Assembly: GCA_951406725.2 (NCBI GenBank)
Contig: OX597827.1
Location: forward strand, 5,332,001 to 5,396,000
Source of the DNA: Octopus vulgaris
Taxonomy: Eukaryota
DNA length: 64,000 nucleotides
Reading direction: 5' to 3'
The notes below the pieces were generated by a model that ran no database searches, had not been told where the DNA came from, and worked only from the letters and a program-made list of their open reading frames with translations. Below, one piece after another: positions 51,300 through 64,000 of this stretch (positions are counted from its first letter, which is position 1; each line of letters begins with the position of its first letter). The position numbers and the translations under genes were made by a program.

Positions 51300-53371
51300 T
51301 CACTGTTTCTGTCTAACAAAGTCATTGGTTGGTGCAGAGTTAGGGCATTGGTCGGTGCTTATGTTGTGCAATGAAACTGAACCCCAAACTATATGGTTGC
51401 AAACCAAGCTTCTTAACCACCCGGCTATGCTTGTGGTTTTACAAATTTGATAGATAAAAGAAATTTATGAAAATTTGTGGAAAAAAGAAAATGTTTTATT
51501 TGTACATTATAATGTTGGGTCTGTTTTACTGGTTGCAGGAAGTGTGTTGTGGCTAAGCTGAGATTTAAAAGTTCTGAAAAGAAAATAGGAAAAATAATTT
51601 GGTTACTTGAGAAGATTGTTTGATTTTAATGAGCCAATGAAGGAGCTTCTACATGGTTAGTTGATTTAGCGGCTCCATTCAAGTTTGACCATGCCTCTGG
51701 CTGTGTATATTCAGAGGCTTGGGCTAGATTTTGCCACCATTGGCTCAGTGAACTTATTTGACATCGGATGTTTTAATGTCTCTCTCTCTCTCAGTGTTTA
51801 TGTGTGTAAGGTGTAGGTGTGGCTGTGTGGTAAGAAGCTTACTTCCCAACCACATGATTCCGGGTTCAGTCCCACAATATGAATGAGGAGAGGGAAAATA
51901 TGCATGTCAGTTATGTTCAATTAATAAATTGTAAGGCTTCTGTCTGTCTGTCCGTCTATCTATCTATCTATCTATCTATTTTTTGTGTATGAGTTTATCT
52001 CTGTGCTTGTGCACACATGTGTATTTGCCTCCAACCCTTAAAATTACTGTCACCAAAAAGAAATTCAGTGCCCAGTTGGCTGTACCACATCACCAACATT
52101 CAAACAGCTGCTCTCAGTTGTCATATTCTGCTGCCCAATTTGAAAACCAAATTTATATGCTAACAATCATAGACCTAACACTAGCCACAAGACCACACGA
52201 CTTCACTAAACCAGTTATATATTGTTTACAGTTCAAACAATAACACTTCTTCTTTTCAATATCCCACTTCATGTCTTGTCAAATGAACTCTAGATATTAG
52301 AAACATAATTCATAGTGAGTTTCCGGAGATGCATTAGTTGGGGGAAAAAAAAAAAATAGGCCAGTTGTGAAGTGTGGTTGCATTAAACAAAGTATTTAAA
52401 GCAGAAGTGAGGGTAGGTAAGGATTGTACAATTTAGGAACACAATTTATTGTCAGAGTACCTGGCAAATTAGTTTTCTGGAACTTTCAGGAAGAAAGATT
52501 TTGTGGAATGGCATGGGATTATTTATGTTTGTGTCACATAAGAATTATAAAATGCCACAGTGCCATACTTAGTTAACCATCTCCGTGTAAGTCTAGGTGC
52601 AGTAGCTTTGCTTTTATTACAACATTCCATTGAAGAAGATTACTCTGGCATGATGCTGGATAGAAGATTAGCAGCTGATCTAGCTAGATAAGGATTACTA
52701 TGGAATAATGCGGAACAGAAGATTAGCAACGGATCTACTGAGGTAGAAACCATATTTACTACCATTAGCAAAAGCAAGATATTTCAAAGTAAGATAAAAG
52801 TCGACAGTCTATTATCCTATATGCACAATATATCCAACCATACTTATATATGCATGTGAATCTGTATGCATGTGTGTGTGTGTGTGTGTGTATCTGTGTG
52901 TATTTGTGTGTGCACGCACATGTGTGTGTGTGTGTTTGTGTGTGTGAGGATGTAATGTCAGAGTTATTCTTTCATCTACGTAGACTCATCAATGTGTGCA
53001 TGTGTATGTGTGTTTGTGCATGCATGTGTGTGTGTATGTTGATATGTATTTATGCGTGTGTTGATATGTATTTGCATGTGTGTGTGTGTGTGTGTGTGTA
53101 GGGGTTGTGGGGTGGTGGTGGTGGTGGTTGTGGGGGGTGCACCACGCTTGTGTATGAAAATTGCAATATACAAGCACATGCATATGCACATTTACCCCCT
53201 TCCACATAAAGAATTATAAACTCCTATATATATGCTTATGCATACAGATACGAGCATAATTCTTTGTGTGCAACTAAATTATATTTGGATAAATGTATAC
53301 TATGCATGTGCATTATATATATATATATATGCACCAACAGATATGTGTATGCCTGTCAGTACACTCACTGC

Positions 53372-53406
<35 letters not shown>

Positions 53407-53479
53407 TGTATATATATATGTATATATATATATGTATGTATATATATATATATATATGTTTTTATATATATATTTTTTT

Positions 53480-53535
<56 letters not shown>

Positions 53536-53656
53536 GTATATATATATGTATATATTTATGTATATATATATATGTCTTTGACTGCATATATGAGTACATG
53601 TATATGTGCACACGATATATGTCTGTATGTATATGGGGACGCATGTGTGTATATGA

Positions 53657-53688
<32 letters not shown>

Positions 53689-53746
53689 ATATATCAATAC
53701 AATGAACATGTGTACGCATGTTAGTGAATACACATAAACAAACATC

Positions 53747-53797
<51 letters not shown>

Positions 53798-54208
53798 GGT
53801 TGTGTAATGTATTCATGCATTATACATTTCTGTAAACATTCTCTAAATTTTATTTATTTACATTTTTTTGTCAAACCTTTTTAGTTCTACATTATAATAT
53901 TTTGTTTTGAACTAAGAATGATAAAAGTAGATTTGCTACCAGCTTTCAAGATCCTAAATATAACTTTTAGAGTTTAGAATTAAAGCTCATTTAAGAACTG
54001 TACTTCAGTATGTTTTCTGCAGCTGGATGCCCTTACCTAACTGTAGAAACTATGCCAAAGCCGACATTGGTGCTTAACATTGTCCTGCAGCTCATTAGAA
54101 CCTTGGCATTAGGAAGGGCTTCCATGGCAGCATGGATCAATGATGATGAGGAGTTGAAGGACCAGTGACAAATGGTGATTATTGTTACAGGGTATGCACT
54201 ATATTACT

Positions 54209-54413
54209 TATTTCTTTACTACCCACAAGGGGCTAAACACAGAGAGGACAAACAAGGACAGACAAACGGATTAAGTCGATTATATTGGCCCCAGTGCGTA
54301 ACTGGTACTTATTTAATCGACCTCGGTGGAATTTGAACTCAGAACGTAATGGCAGACGAAATACGGCTACGCATTTCGCCCGGTGTGCTAAAGTTTCTGC
54401 CAGCTCGCCGCCT
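54209..54413 (-). mobile_element. SINE family A with internal deletion
   Basis: 16-bp TSD TATGCACTATATTACT; deletion between two TCGACC repeats. Confidence 0.92.
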
Positions 54414-54716
54414 TATGCACTATATTACTGCTGTACTGAATCTGCTTCTCTGATATAAGTCTATCCATCCATCTTCACCACTCACTACTCCTGAGAGGAT
54501 CATAGGGGTAGAGTTCTCAGGCACCACCTCTATAGGGTATAGTTTCTGCAGATGGAAGCCTTTCCTAATGCCAACCACTTTATAGAGTGTACTGAGTGCA
54601 TTTTCATAATAGCAGCCATACTAGGGAAATTATCATGTCTTCATCAGGACACTCTCTTGACCCAACATTGATTGTTTGCTCTGATTTGTCAATCATTTTA
54701 CAGAGAGCAATGTATA

Positions 54717-55122
54717 TACTCTTTACTCTTTTACTTGTTTCAGTCATTTGACTGCGGCCATGCTGGAGCACCGCCTTTAGTCGAGCAAATCGACCCCGGG
54801 ACTTATTCTTTGTAAGCCCAGTACTTATTCTATCGGTCTCTTTTGCCGAACCGCTAGGTGACAGGGACGTAAACACACCAGCATCGGTTGTCAATCAATG
54901 CTAGGGGGACAAACACAGACACACAAACACACACACACGCATATATATATATATATACATATATACGATGGGCTTCTTTCAGTTTCCATCTACCAAATCC
55001 ACTCACAAGGCATTGGTCAGCCCGAGGCTATAGCAGAAGACACTTGCCCAAGATGCCACGCAGTGGGACTGAACCTGGAACCATGTGGCTGGTTAGCAAG
55101 CTACTTACCACACAGCCACTCC
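54717..55122 (-). mobile_element. SINE family B
   Basis: Very similar to 45382-45788. Confidence 0.9.
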
Positions 55123-55652
55123 TTACTTTTAGATTTCTGAATATGAAATAGAAGTGACATTCCACTTTAAGTAACTTCTAATTAAAAACCAAAGCCTAGA
55201 ATATAGCAGTATAAAGAAAGTAAAATAGTTCAACAAACATTCAAATTTTACTGAATAGCAATCTTTATCATTTATGCCATCTTTTTTTTTTAATTAAATA
55301 TTTTCAACAAACCTTTGATTAATCCAAACTCCAATTACTTTTAACTATCCTATTCCTATATAAATTCAATATATCCATAGGTTGAGTTTGAACACAAAAC
55401 TTTCATGTGTCATACAGAACTATGGCATTTTTAAACATTGTACTATTATTCTATAAGAGAAATACCAGACAATTTTAAGATATATTTTAACTTGCTTCAG
55501 TCACAACTTCTATTTATGAAAATGTTGGGTGAAAAATGAACTGCAAAACTGAAGTAAAATCATTAGTCACAAATGCACATTTATGAAATGCTCACCTATA
55601 GGTTACAATTAAGTTCATATAAATGTTTGTAGAACATTATAATGTAGAACTA

Positions 55653-56247
<595 letters not shown>

Positions 56248-56617
56248 ACCAGTTTTTTCTTTTACCCATACTAACATGGGTTAGGTAGATCACCTATATA
56301 GGTAATTCTTGGTTGCATGATATAATTTGTTAATTATTGCCCATTGATCAAGGACTCATTAAGAGGAAGAAAAGAGATAAAAATTAATTGCAAAGTAAAG
56401 CAATCTTAGATGACTCACTAATGTTTATTTGCTGATAACAGAATGGCACAATGGATTGAAGCAAATATGATGGTACCAGGCAAGGAAAACTAGGGGTTGC
56501 TGACTCTTACCAACACAATTTAGCTTCCAGGTGTATTCATCCACTTGCTTGCGGGGAAGTCATTCTGCTATAATTTCTCATCAAGTTATAAACTTGTAAA
56601 TCATAAACTCCAAAAGT

Positions 56618-57000
56618 GGTGGAAGCACTCCGTCGGTTACGACGATGAGGGTTCCAGTTGATCCGAATCAACAGAACAGCCTGCTCATGAAATTAACGTG
56701 TAAGTGGCTGAGCACTCCACAGACACGTGCACCCTTAACGTAGTTCTCGGGGATATTCAGCGTGACACAGAGAGTGACAAGGCCGGCCCCTTGAAATACA
56801 GGTACAACAGAAACAGGAAGTAAGAGTGAGAGAAAGTTGTGGTGAAAGAGTACATCCCCACCATCCCCTGCCGGAGCCTCGTGGAGCTTTTAGGTGTTTT
56901 CGCTCAATAAACACTCACAACGCCCAGTCTGGGAATCGAAACCGCGATCCTATGACCGCGAGTCCGCTGCCCTAACCACTGGGCCATTGCGCCTCCACAC
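56618..57000 (-). mobile_element. SINE family D with third tail type
   Basis: 11-bp TSD ACTCCAAAAGT at 56607-56617 and 57001-57011; intact tRNA-like head. Confidence 0.92.
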
Positions 57001-57784
57001 ACTCCAAAAGTAAGTACTGTGTGTATAGCACTTCTCAAATCCTTTTGATTTTATCATAGCTTTTCTGTGTGGCAAAATGTTTTGGGGATTACATCTCTTC
57101 AGTTTGCTTCTGTTGAGGTCATAATGCACCTTCAATTTACATGTTTCACTTAACCTGCATCATTTAAATATATTACACATCTATAACTATGCAGTCAGGT
57201 CTTCTGTATACATTGTATAATGTCTTTGAATACAAATTGCTTTCTTTGTATACTATTTCATATTCAATAGACCATATGCAATTTATTTCTCCCTCATCAC
57301 TGGAGATCTACTGCATTCATGGCTCACGCTTCCTTATCAAATAGAATTAAACACGTTACATATGCTTCATATATCCTCTGTTCTGTATAAAGGGAGAAAT
57401 CCTTTGTTACAAGTAGAAATATTGGTTCTTTAAATCCCTTTTCCTTGCTCTCAGCCCTGAATCATTTTATTTCCACTTTGAAATATGTCACATAAGTAAC
57501 AGGATCTCCTATTTACTATTATTAGCCAGCTGGTCTAAGCAACCTATAGTTTTCAGTACAGTTCATAGGTAGGCTAAGACTAAAGCAACCCTATAGTTTT
57601 CAGTACAGTTCATAGTTAGGCTAAGACTAAAGCAACTTATATATAGCAAGAAAGGAGTAGAGAAAGCAGCTCCCAAACAGAATAAATTGTTGGAGCATCA
57701 TGTTTATCCCTGAGCTACAAAAGAAGATGTAGCAGTTTTTTCTTTCTGTCCACCTTCAACAATTAAATTGAATTTAGCTTCTAC

Positions 57785-57975
57785 AGCGGGTGGCACATAA
57801 AAAGCACCCACTACACTCACGGAGTGGTTGGCATTAGGAAGGGCATCCAGCCGTAGAAACACTGCCAGATCAGACTGGGCCTGATGCAGCCTTCTGGCTT
57901 CACAGACCCCAGTTGAACCATCCAACCCATGCTAGCATGGAAAGCGGACGCTAAATGATAATGATGATGATGGTG
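57785..57975 (+). mobile_element. Family C retroposon, 5' truncated
   Basis: Interrupts the left arm of the inverted duplication; absent from the right arm. Confidence 0.9.
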
Positions 57976-58665
57976 GTGGTGGAGCTATGTATATGTTAAA
58001 AGTGAAAAAAAAAGAAAGAAAGCCTTTTTTTTTATTTATTTATTTACACTCTTCCAAAAGTGTAGATATGATTGAAGCAAATCTTAAATAAATAACGCAA
58101 GACCTTGTTCTCATGCTTCTGAGGCAATTAATACTTTATCTACTAAATTGGAACAAGAGACTTTAGAAATCTACCTGCATAAATGAACACACACACACAC
58201 ACACACAAAGGAATCCATACCTTACAAAGATTACTCAGACATACACATGCATCTTTTGTCGACGAGTGTTTCCAATGCATTTATTCACTGATCACTTCCT
58301 GTGCATATTCAATTTTCTGTTCATGAAGTTTTGCTTACTTTTCCTGATGAGCTGCAGTGCACCTGAGCACTCTTTACTATAAATTCATTATTTCTATCAT
58401 AAAATTAAGTATAACTTCTAGCAAACATGACTTATTTATTATTTATCATCAAGCCTTCACTTAATTACAGCTGATTCTCTTCATGTCTCTAGTTCATCTT
58501 AAAAAAGCAATGTCTATTTTCTAAGGAATCCAATGGGATTTTTTTACACTCATTGTTTTGCACTCATAACAAAGTAACTATTGAATATATTGTGTTTAGT
58601 TGATATTGCTTTGCCCCATATCAACTGCAATTGAATATATCTATGATTAAATGCTTTCCAGCTAT

Positions 58666-59081
58666 GACTCTTTTACTCTTTTACTTGTTTCAGTCATTTG
58701 ACTGCGGCCATGCTGGAGCACCGCCTTTAGTCGAGCAAATCGACCCCAGGACTTATTCTTTGTAAGCCCAGTACTTATTTCTATCGGTCTCTTTTGCCGA
58801 ACCGCTAAGTGACGGGGTCGTAAACACACCAGCATCGGTTGTCAAGCAATGCTAGGGGGACAAACACAGACACACAAACATACACACACACATATATATA
58901 TACATACATACATATATACGATGGGCTTCTTTCAGTTTCCGTCTATCAAATCCACTCACAAGGCTTTGGTTGGCCAGAGGCTATAGCAGAAGACACTTGC
59001 CCAAGATGCCACACAGTGGGACTGAACCCGGAACCATGTGGTTGGTTAGCAAGCTACTTACCACACAGCCACTCCTGTGCC
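58666..59081 (-). mobile_element. SINE family B, full length
   Basis: Homology to family B. Confidence 0.9.
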
Positions 59082-59169
59082 TATTTCATCTTTTCCTCTT
59101 TTTCATCTGACTGTTTCATCTTTTTGCATACCTGTGCCTACATTAACCACTTTATCCTTTTTCTCTTAA

Positions 59170-59390
59170 CCCTTTCGTTACTGCATTTATTTTGAGATGT
59201 CCTGTGTTTCTTCTAATTATTTTAAATATAAAAAATAGAATTTAGTAAAATATCTTCATTATCATTAAGCTAGTGTTAGGAACATAAATTGTGACTAAGG
59301 TTTGGTGGAAGATTTTAATTCAAAACTTATGTAAACAAGACATTTAAACTAAAGAGCCAACCAGTCTCAGCTGGGTTGTTAATGAAAGGG
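59170..59390 (+). mobile_element. piggyBac-like MITE
   Basis: TTAA on both sides; TIR CCCTTTC(G/A)TTA; second copy at 1-128. Confidence 0.88.
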
Positions 59391-59710
59391 TTAAGGCAGT
59401 AATGTATAATTTGAAGGTGATTTGGTTGTAATTTCCAGCCAGTCAAGCAACTGCAGAGAGGATCCCTCACTTTCAGCTGCCAGTATATTTTTTTATTATT
59501 ATCATGTTACATCTCCCTCACCGTTCCCTTATGAACCAAATACTCCACCCCTTCAAAAAATGGGTTTCACTCTTAAACATTACATTTGAATTACATTTGA
59601 AATTGCAAAAAAAAAAGAATGTCAAATATAAAAAGCATGGCTGTGTGGTTAAGAGGCTCACTTTGCAATCACATAGTTTTGGGTTCGGTCCCACTATGTG
59701 ACACCTTGGG

Positions 59711-59850
59711 CACTGGCATAGCTGGGGTGGATGTGGGGGGTAAGGACAGCACTTTTGGGTCTGCTGTAGGCAATATGTGTTTTTTGTGGAGTCCTGGGTG
59801 GCAAACAGAAGGGCTGCCCTGGACGGCACACACTCTAGCTTATGCTAGTG
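59711..59850. mobile_element. hAT-like MITE inside a family B SINE (59635-59960)
   Basis: 8-bp TSD ACCTTGGG; TIR CACTGGCATAGCT / AGCTTATGCTAGTG. Confidence 0.85.
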
Positions 59851-61464
59851 ACCTTGGGTGTCTTCTTCTAGAGTCTCAGGCCAACCAATAACCTGTGAGC
59901 AAATTTGGTAGACAAAAAACTGTGTGGAAGCCCATTGTATATATGTGTGTGTGTGAGCCTCTGTGAGAAATTTGCATTTTGGATCTATACTGCATTCAGG
60001 CCCTAAAAGTGAGGAAGAGCCCTCTCAAAATCTGTTTCTGTTTTTATATTCTTTTTTTCTGGAAAGGTACCTGGCCAGTACTTCCTTGCTTCTTTGTGTT
60101 CCAAGCTAAATAACTAGATGAATTCCACTTTTATAGACTTAAAGACAACATAAAGCTATATTTTGTCATCATAAAAGATAAATATTGTGATTCTTTATAT
60201 GTTAGATTTCTTAAAATGATCTCTGACTAATAATTGAAGGTTTCCTTTAGTAATTAAAGGTTTCTAGTTGTAGTGTAATGTAATGTTATACTCAGCTCAC
60301 CCCTGAGATTGACAAAGTTTTTCTTATGCTGTGACATTCAGTACAGAAAAGAATAGATGAAGCATAAAATGATGCCAAAAGAATAAAAGACTAAAGAGAA
60401 TAACTGAAATAAAGGTAAAAATATATGTAAAAAAATAAAATCAAAGAAGAGAATCAGGGGATGATACAAGATGCAGAGTAAAAAGGAAAGAGAATGAAAG
60501 GAAAGCAAGAAGAAGAGAAAAATAATAGAATAGAAGACTGAGAGATGTGTGGCTATGTAGGTATGTGTGATGAGGTTGAAAAGATGTAAAGAAAGGCTTT
60601 GATGAATTCAAGGAGTGTCTATTTAAATATATTGGAAACGTTCCTTGACAAAAGATGCATGTGTATATCTATGTAATTTTTGTAATGTATGGAATCTTTT
60701 AATGTGTGTGTTCATTTATGCAGGTAGATTTCTAAAGTCTCTTGTTCCAATTTAGTAGATAAAGTATTAATTGCCTTAGAAGCATGAGAACAAGGTCTTG
60801 TGTTATTTATTTAAGATTTGCTTCAATCATATCTACACTTTTGGAAGAGTGTAAATAAATTTTTAAAAAAAGGCTTTCTTTCTTTTTTTTTCACTTTTAA
60901 CATATACATAGCTCCATCATGTAGAAACTAAATTCAATTTAATTGTTGAAGAAAGTAAACACATAACCTTTTTTTAACCGAAATTGAAGTCAGCCATGTC
61001 AAACACGCAAAGCCATCATTTATGGTGTTGAAATATGAGTAAACTGATAACAGTAAGTTTTAAAAATATTTCTATGCAATTTTTTTTTTCTCTTGTGCTT
61101 CTTTCTACATAACTTGTCCATAGATGGGTTCTATGCAAATAAAGAAAAATTCAGTTCCAATTGACATTTAAAATTTATGTTATTCATCTGTGTAACATAA
61201 TTTGCTAAAGAAATGCGAAAGGGTTTCGAAATTATCTAGCTGACTTGATCAGCATTTTTGTAGCTAATACTCCAATGGAAACTGTTTAAAGTACACGTAT
61301 GAATATACAATATTATACATATACATATATATGTATGGATATATGTATAAATATACACATGTATGTATATGTGTGTAAATATATTCATGTATGTATATGT
61401 GTGTAAATATAAATATGTGTGTGTGTATGTATATATGTATATATATATATGTATATATGTGTGT

Positions 61465-61516
<52 letters not shown>

Positions 61517-63168
61517 ATGTATACATATGTATATATATGTGTGTACACATATATGATGATGACATGTATGTATATATATATAAATATATATATACACATA
61601 TGTATGTATGTATATATATATAAATATATATATACACATATGTATGTATGTATATATATATAAATATATATATACACATATGTATGTATGTATATATATA
61701 TATGTGTATGTGTGTACATATATATATATATATATATAAATACTCTTCCTACCACATACCATGCCTAATTCATTTTAAAAACTTTCCATGTGGAAATTGC
61801 GATTTTGAATATGTTGATAATGGAGGCATCTGATTGGCTAAAATGAGCAAAAATGTCAAAGGCTTTTAACTTTTTTATTATTAATTTTTTCATAATAAAT
61901 GAATGTGAATTTTGTAGCTAACATGTAAGACTACATCTGCATAAAAAAAAATTTCAAAACCTAATAAATAAATAAACAAGAAGACAAATAGATCGAGCAT
62001 AGAGAATAAAACCTGAAAGGTACATCTATGTATTTTACAGAAAAAGAAATTTATTTAATGACAGAGTGGAGAATGGGAATTTAGTTTTAGTATAGTACAA
62101 ATTTGTCTTATATTATAAAACACCCCTGAAATGTGTATAAAATTATCTAAAAGAGAAATTTTATATCTGAATTCATGAAATGAAATATTACAATACAGCT
62201 CTCCGATATCAATGTTATAACAACACAGCTACAATAAATGTATGCTGTAAAATGAACGTACATTGGAATTGCTTATGCCAACTAAAGCCAATATATCAGG
62301 CCTGTCTTGCTCAAAATGTAATAATTCTAGACAGCAATATTAAACACATGTTATTGAAGAGAACATTATCTGGTTGGACTTAGTTATTGAATTCATATCT
62401 CCCCACATTTTTTTGCTTTTGTTTTTATTTTTGATAAACTCATTTCAAATAACAGCTGACAACAACATAGAAACATGAGAGGGAGAGAAAGAGAGAGAGA
62501 GTGGGGAGAGAGAGAGAGAAGTGAAGGAGAAGAAGCTCAGGCTGTATGTTATATTTTGAAAAGAGATACAATTGTATATCAAATCTCAGTAACATTAGCA
62601 AGCAGTCACTGCAGTAGCAAAACAGAGCTATAAACTAATGATTTATTCACCCTCACAGTTATCGTTTTAACGTCCATTTTTCTCCGGCTGGCATGGGTTG
62701 GTCAATAGATTTAGAGTTTATTGAAAGCGTTTTGGGTGAGTGCTTTTTGGATGAATGCTTTTCTCGGTAACAAAGCAGACTAAGTTCTGTGTTAATTAAG
62801 ACATCTTCTGCATGACATTTGCTTATTACATTGAGGTTCCTCTTAATTTCAAGAGAATGGGGTGGGGGTGGGATGATGTAAAGAAAAAGGGAGGGGGAAG
62901 AATTCTGTATACAAAATCAATGTTGTTGATAAAATATTTCAACTATTGGTATGCCATGAGTCTTGTAATCTACAAAAGTTTATCTTTGAATGTGGGCATG
63001 GGGCGGGGGAGTGTGGGGAGGAGGACGGTAGAGAGGATGTGTATTTATATACTGAATTTCAGAGGTAAAATAAAAAAATAAAAAAATTATAAATTCAAAA
63101 TCGATTTTGTTGATAAAATATTTCAGCTACTGGTATGTAACAAGCCTAATAACCTAGCAGAGATTTTT

Positions 63169-63229
<61 letters not shown>

Positions 63230-63867
63230 CACTGAATAATATCCTTTATATGATGTAACAAATGCAAATCAGCATCACTGAACTCTCATGGCTTGCCATG
63301 CTATTGACTACAGGTGAACTAGCAAGTACGAACACTGAATTTTAGAAGAAGAAGAAGAAATATATGGATTTGTATTAATATTAATTTCTTAAAAAGAAAC
63401 CATCTTAGAATAATCCAAAAAAAGAAGCTACTATGTAAGTTAGCTGACCTTCTAGAAATACCTACCAAATGTCCTTCAAACCACACCCTACCATCTTGAA
63501 CAAAGAAAGATACATGATGATAATATGATGTAATTGTGTATAAACCACTGGGTATGCCCTGACATGACTTCACCACTATTTGCTCTCTTTTCCAAATGGG
63601 GTAACCATGTATCTCCCCCTTGCAGCAAGACACTTGTTCCTCTGTTCTGCTATCATACTTTAACCCCTCATCACCTAACATAAAGCCACATCCAAAATAA
63701 AGTTGTGATAGTCACAGCTGGAACACTTTTGAATGTACGTCTGCTTGTGAGACACACAACAGTAACAAAAGTTTCATCTTACAAAGATGCCTATCTTGTA
63801 ACCTGTTGTGGTAAGCACTGCCCTGGGGTGGGGTTCTTTCCTGATGTCGTTGATTCAGTTGGTTTAT

Positions 63868-64000
63868 TCTTTTATTCCTTTATTTGGTTCAGTCATTTGA
63901 CTGTGGCCATGCTGGAGCACCACCTTTAGTCGAAGAAATCAACCCGGGACTTATTCTTTGTAAGCTTAGTACTTATTCTATCGGTCTCTTGTGCTGAACC
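63868..64000 (-). mobile_element. SINE family B 3' part (cut by window edge)
   Basis: CAGTCATTTGACTGTGGCCATGCTGGAGCACC motif. Confidence 0.85.

Noticed and set aside
52638-52690. Reflectin-like peptide (YSGMM)
   Set aside because: No MD(X)5MD repeats; immediate stop; too short
58340-58372. CTGATGA hammerhead box (also 46864, 54641, 36543)
   Set aside because: No GAAA box or helices in register
63319-63681. 120-aa minus-strand ORF
   Set aside because: Overlaps decayed repeat sequence; no recognisable motif

Overview
AT-rich, microsatellite-dense eukaryotic DNA. The SINE families, (AT)n/(CA)n/(GAT)n/(TAA)n tracts and TTAGGG motifs suggest an octopod cephalopod intron or intergenic region; this is inferred from remembered repeat types, not a search. 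I cannot support any host protein-coding gene, and nearly all ORFs in the track are repeat translations. The window contains: an ~8.1 kb G-rich 50-bp minisatellite whose minus strand is essentially stop-free in all three frames; about 40 SINE copies from at least five families; decayed Tc1 and pogo/Tigger transposases; restriction-like-endonuclease LINE fragments (R4/Dong-like, HERO-like); non-autonomous Helitrons; and MITEs of piggyBac, hAT, Merlin-like and Tc types. The most interesting signal is a set of Penelope-type minimal hammerhead-ribozyme motifs (best at 13789, 30825, 35222 and 41033). One lies downstream of a tRNA-derived Pol III head, which makes it a candidate retrozyme or ribozyme-carrying SINE. 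Also notable are a telomere-repeat-filled MITE with an 8-bp TSD, two fold-back palindromes, and a 3.2 kb inverted duplication that preserves an empty insertion site. All structures were read by eye and coordinates of degenerate repeats are approximate.
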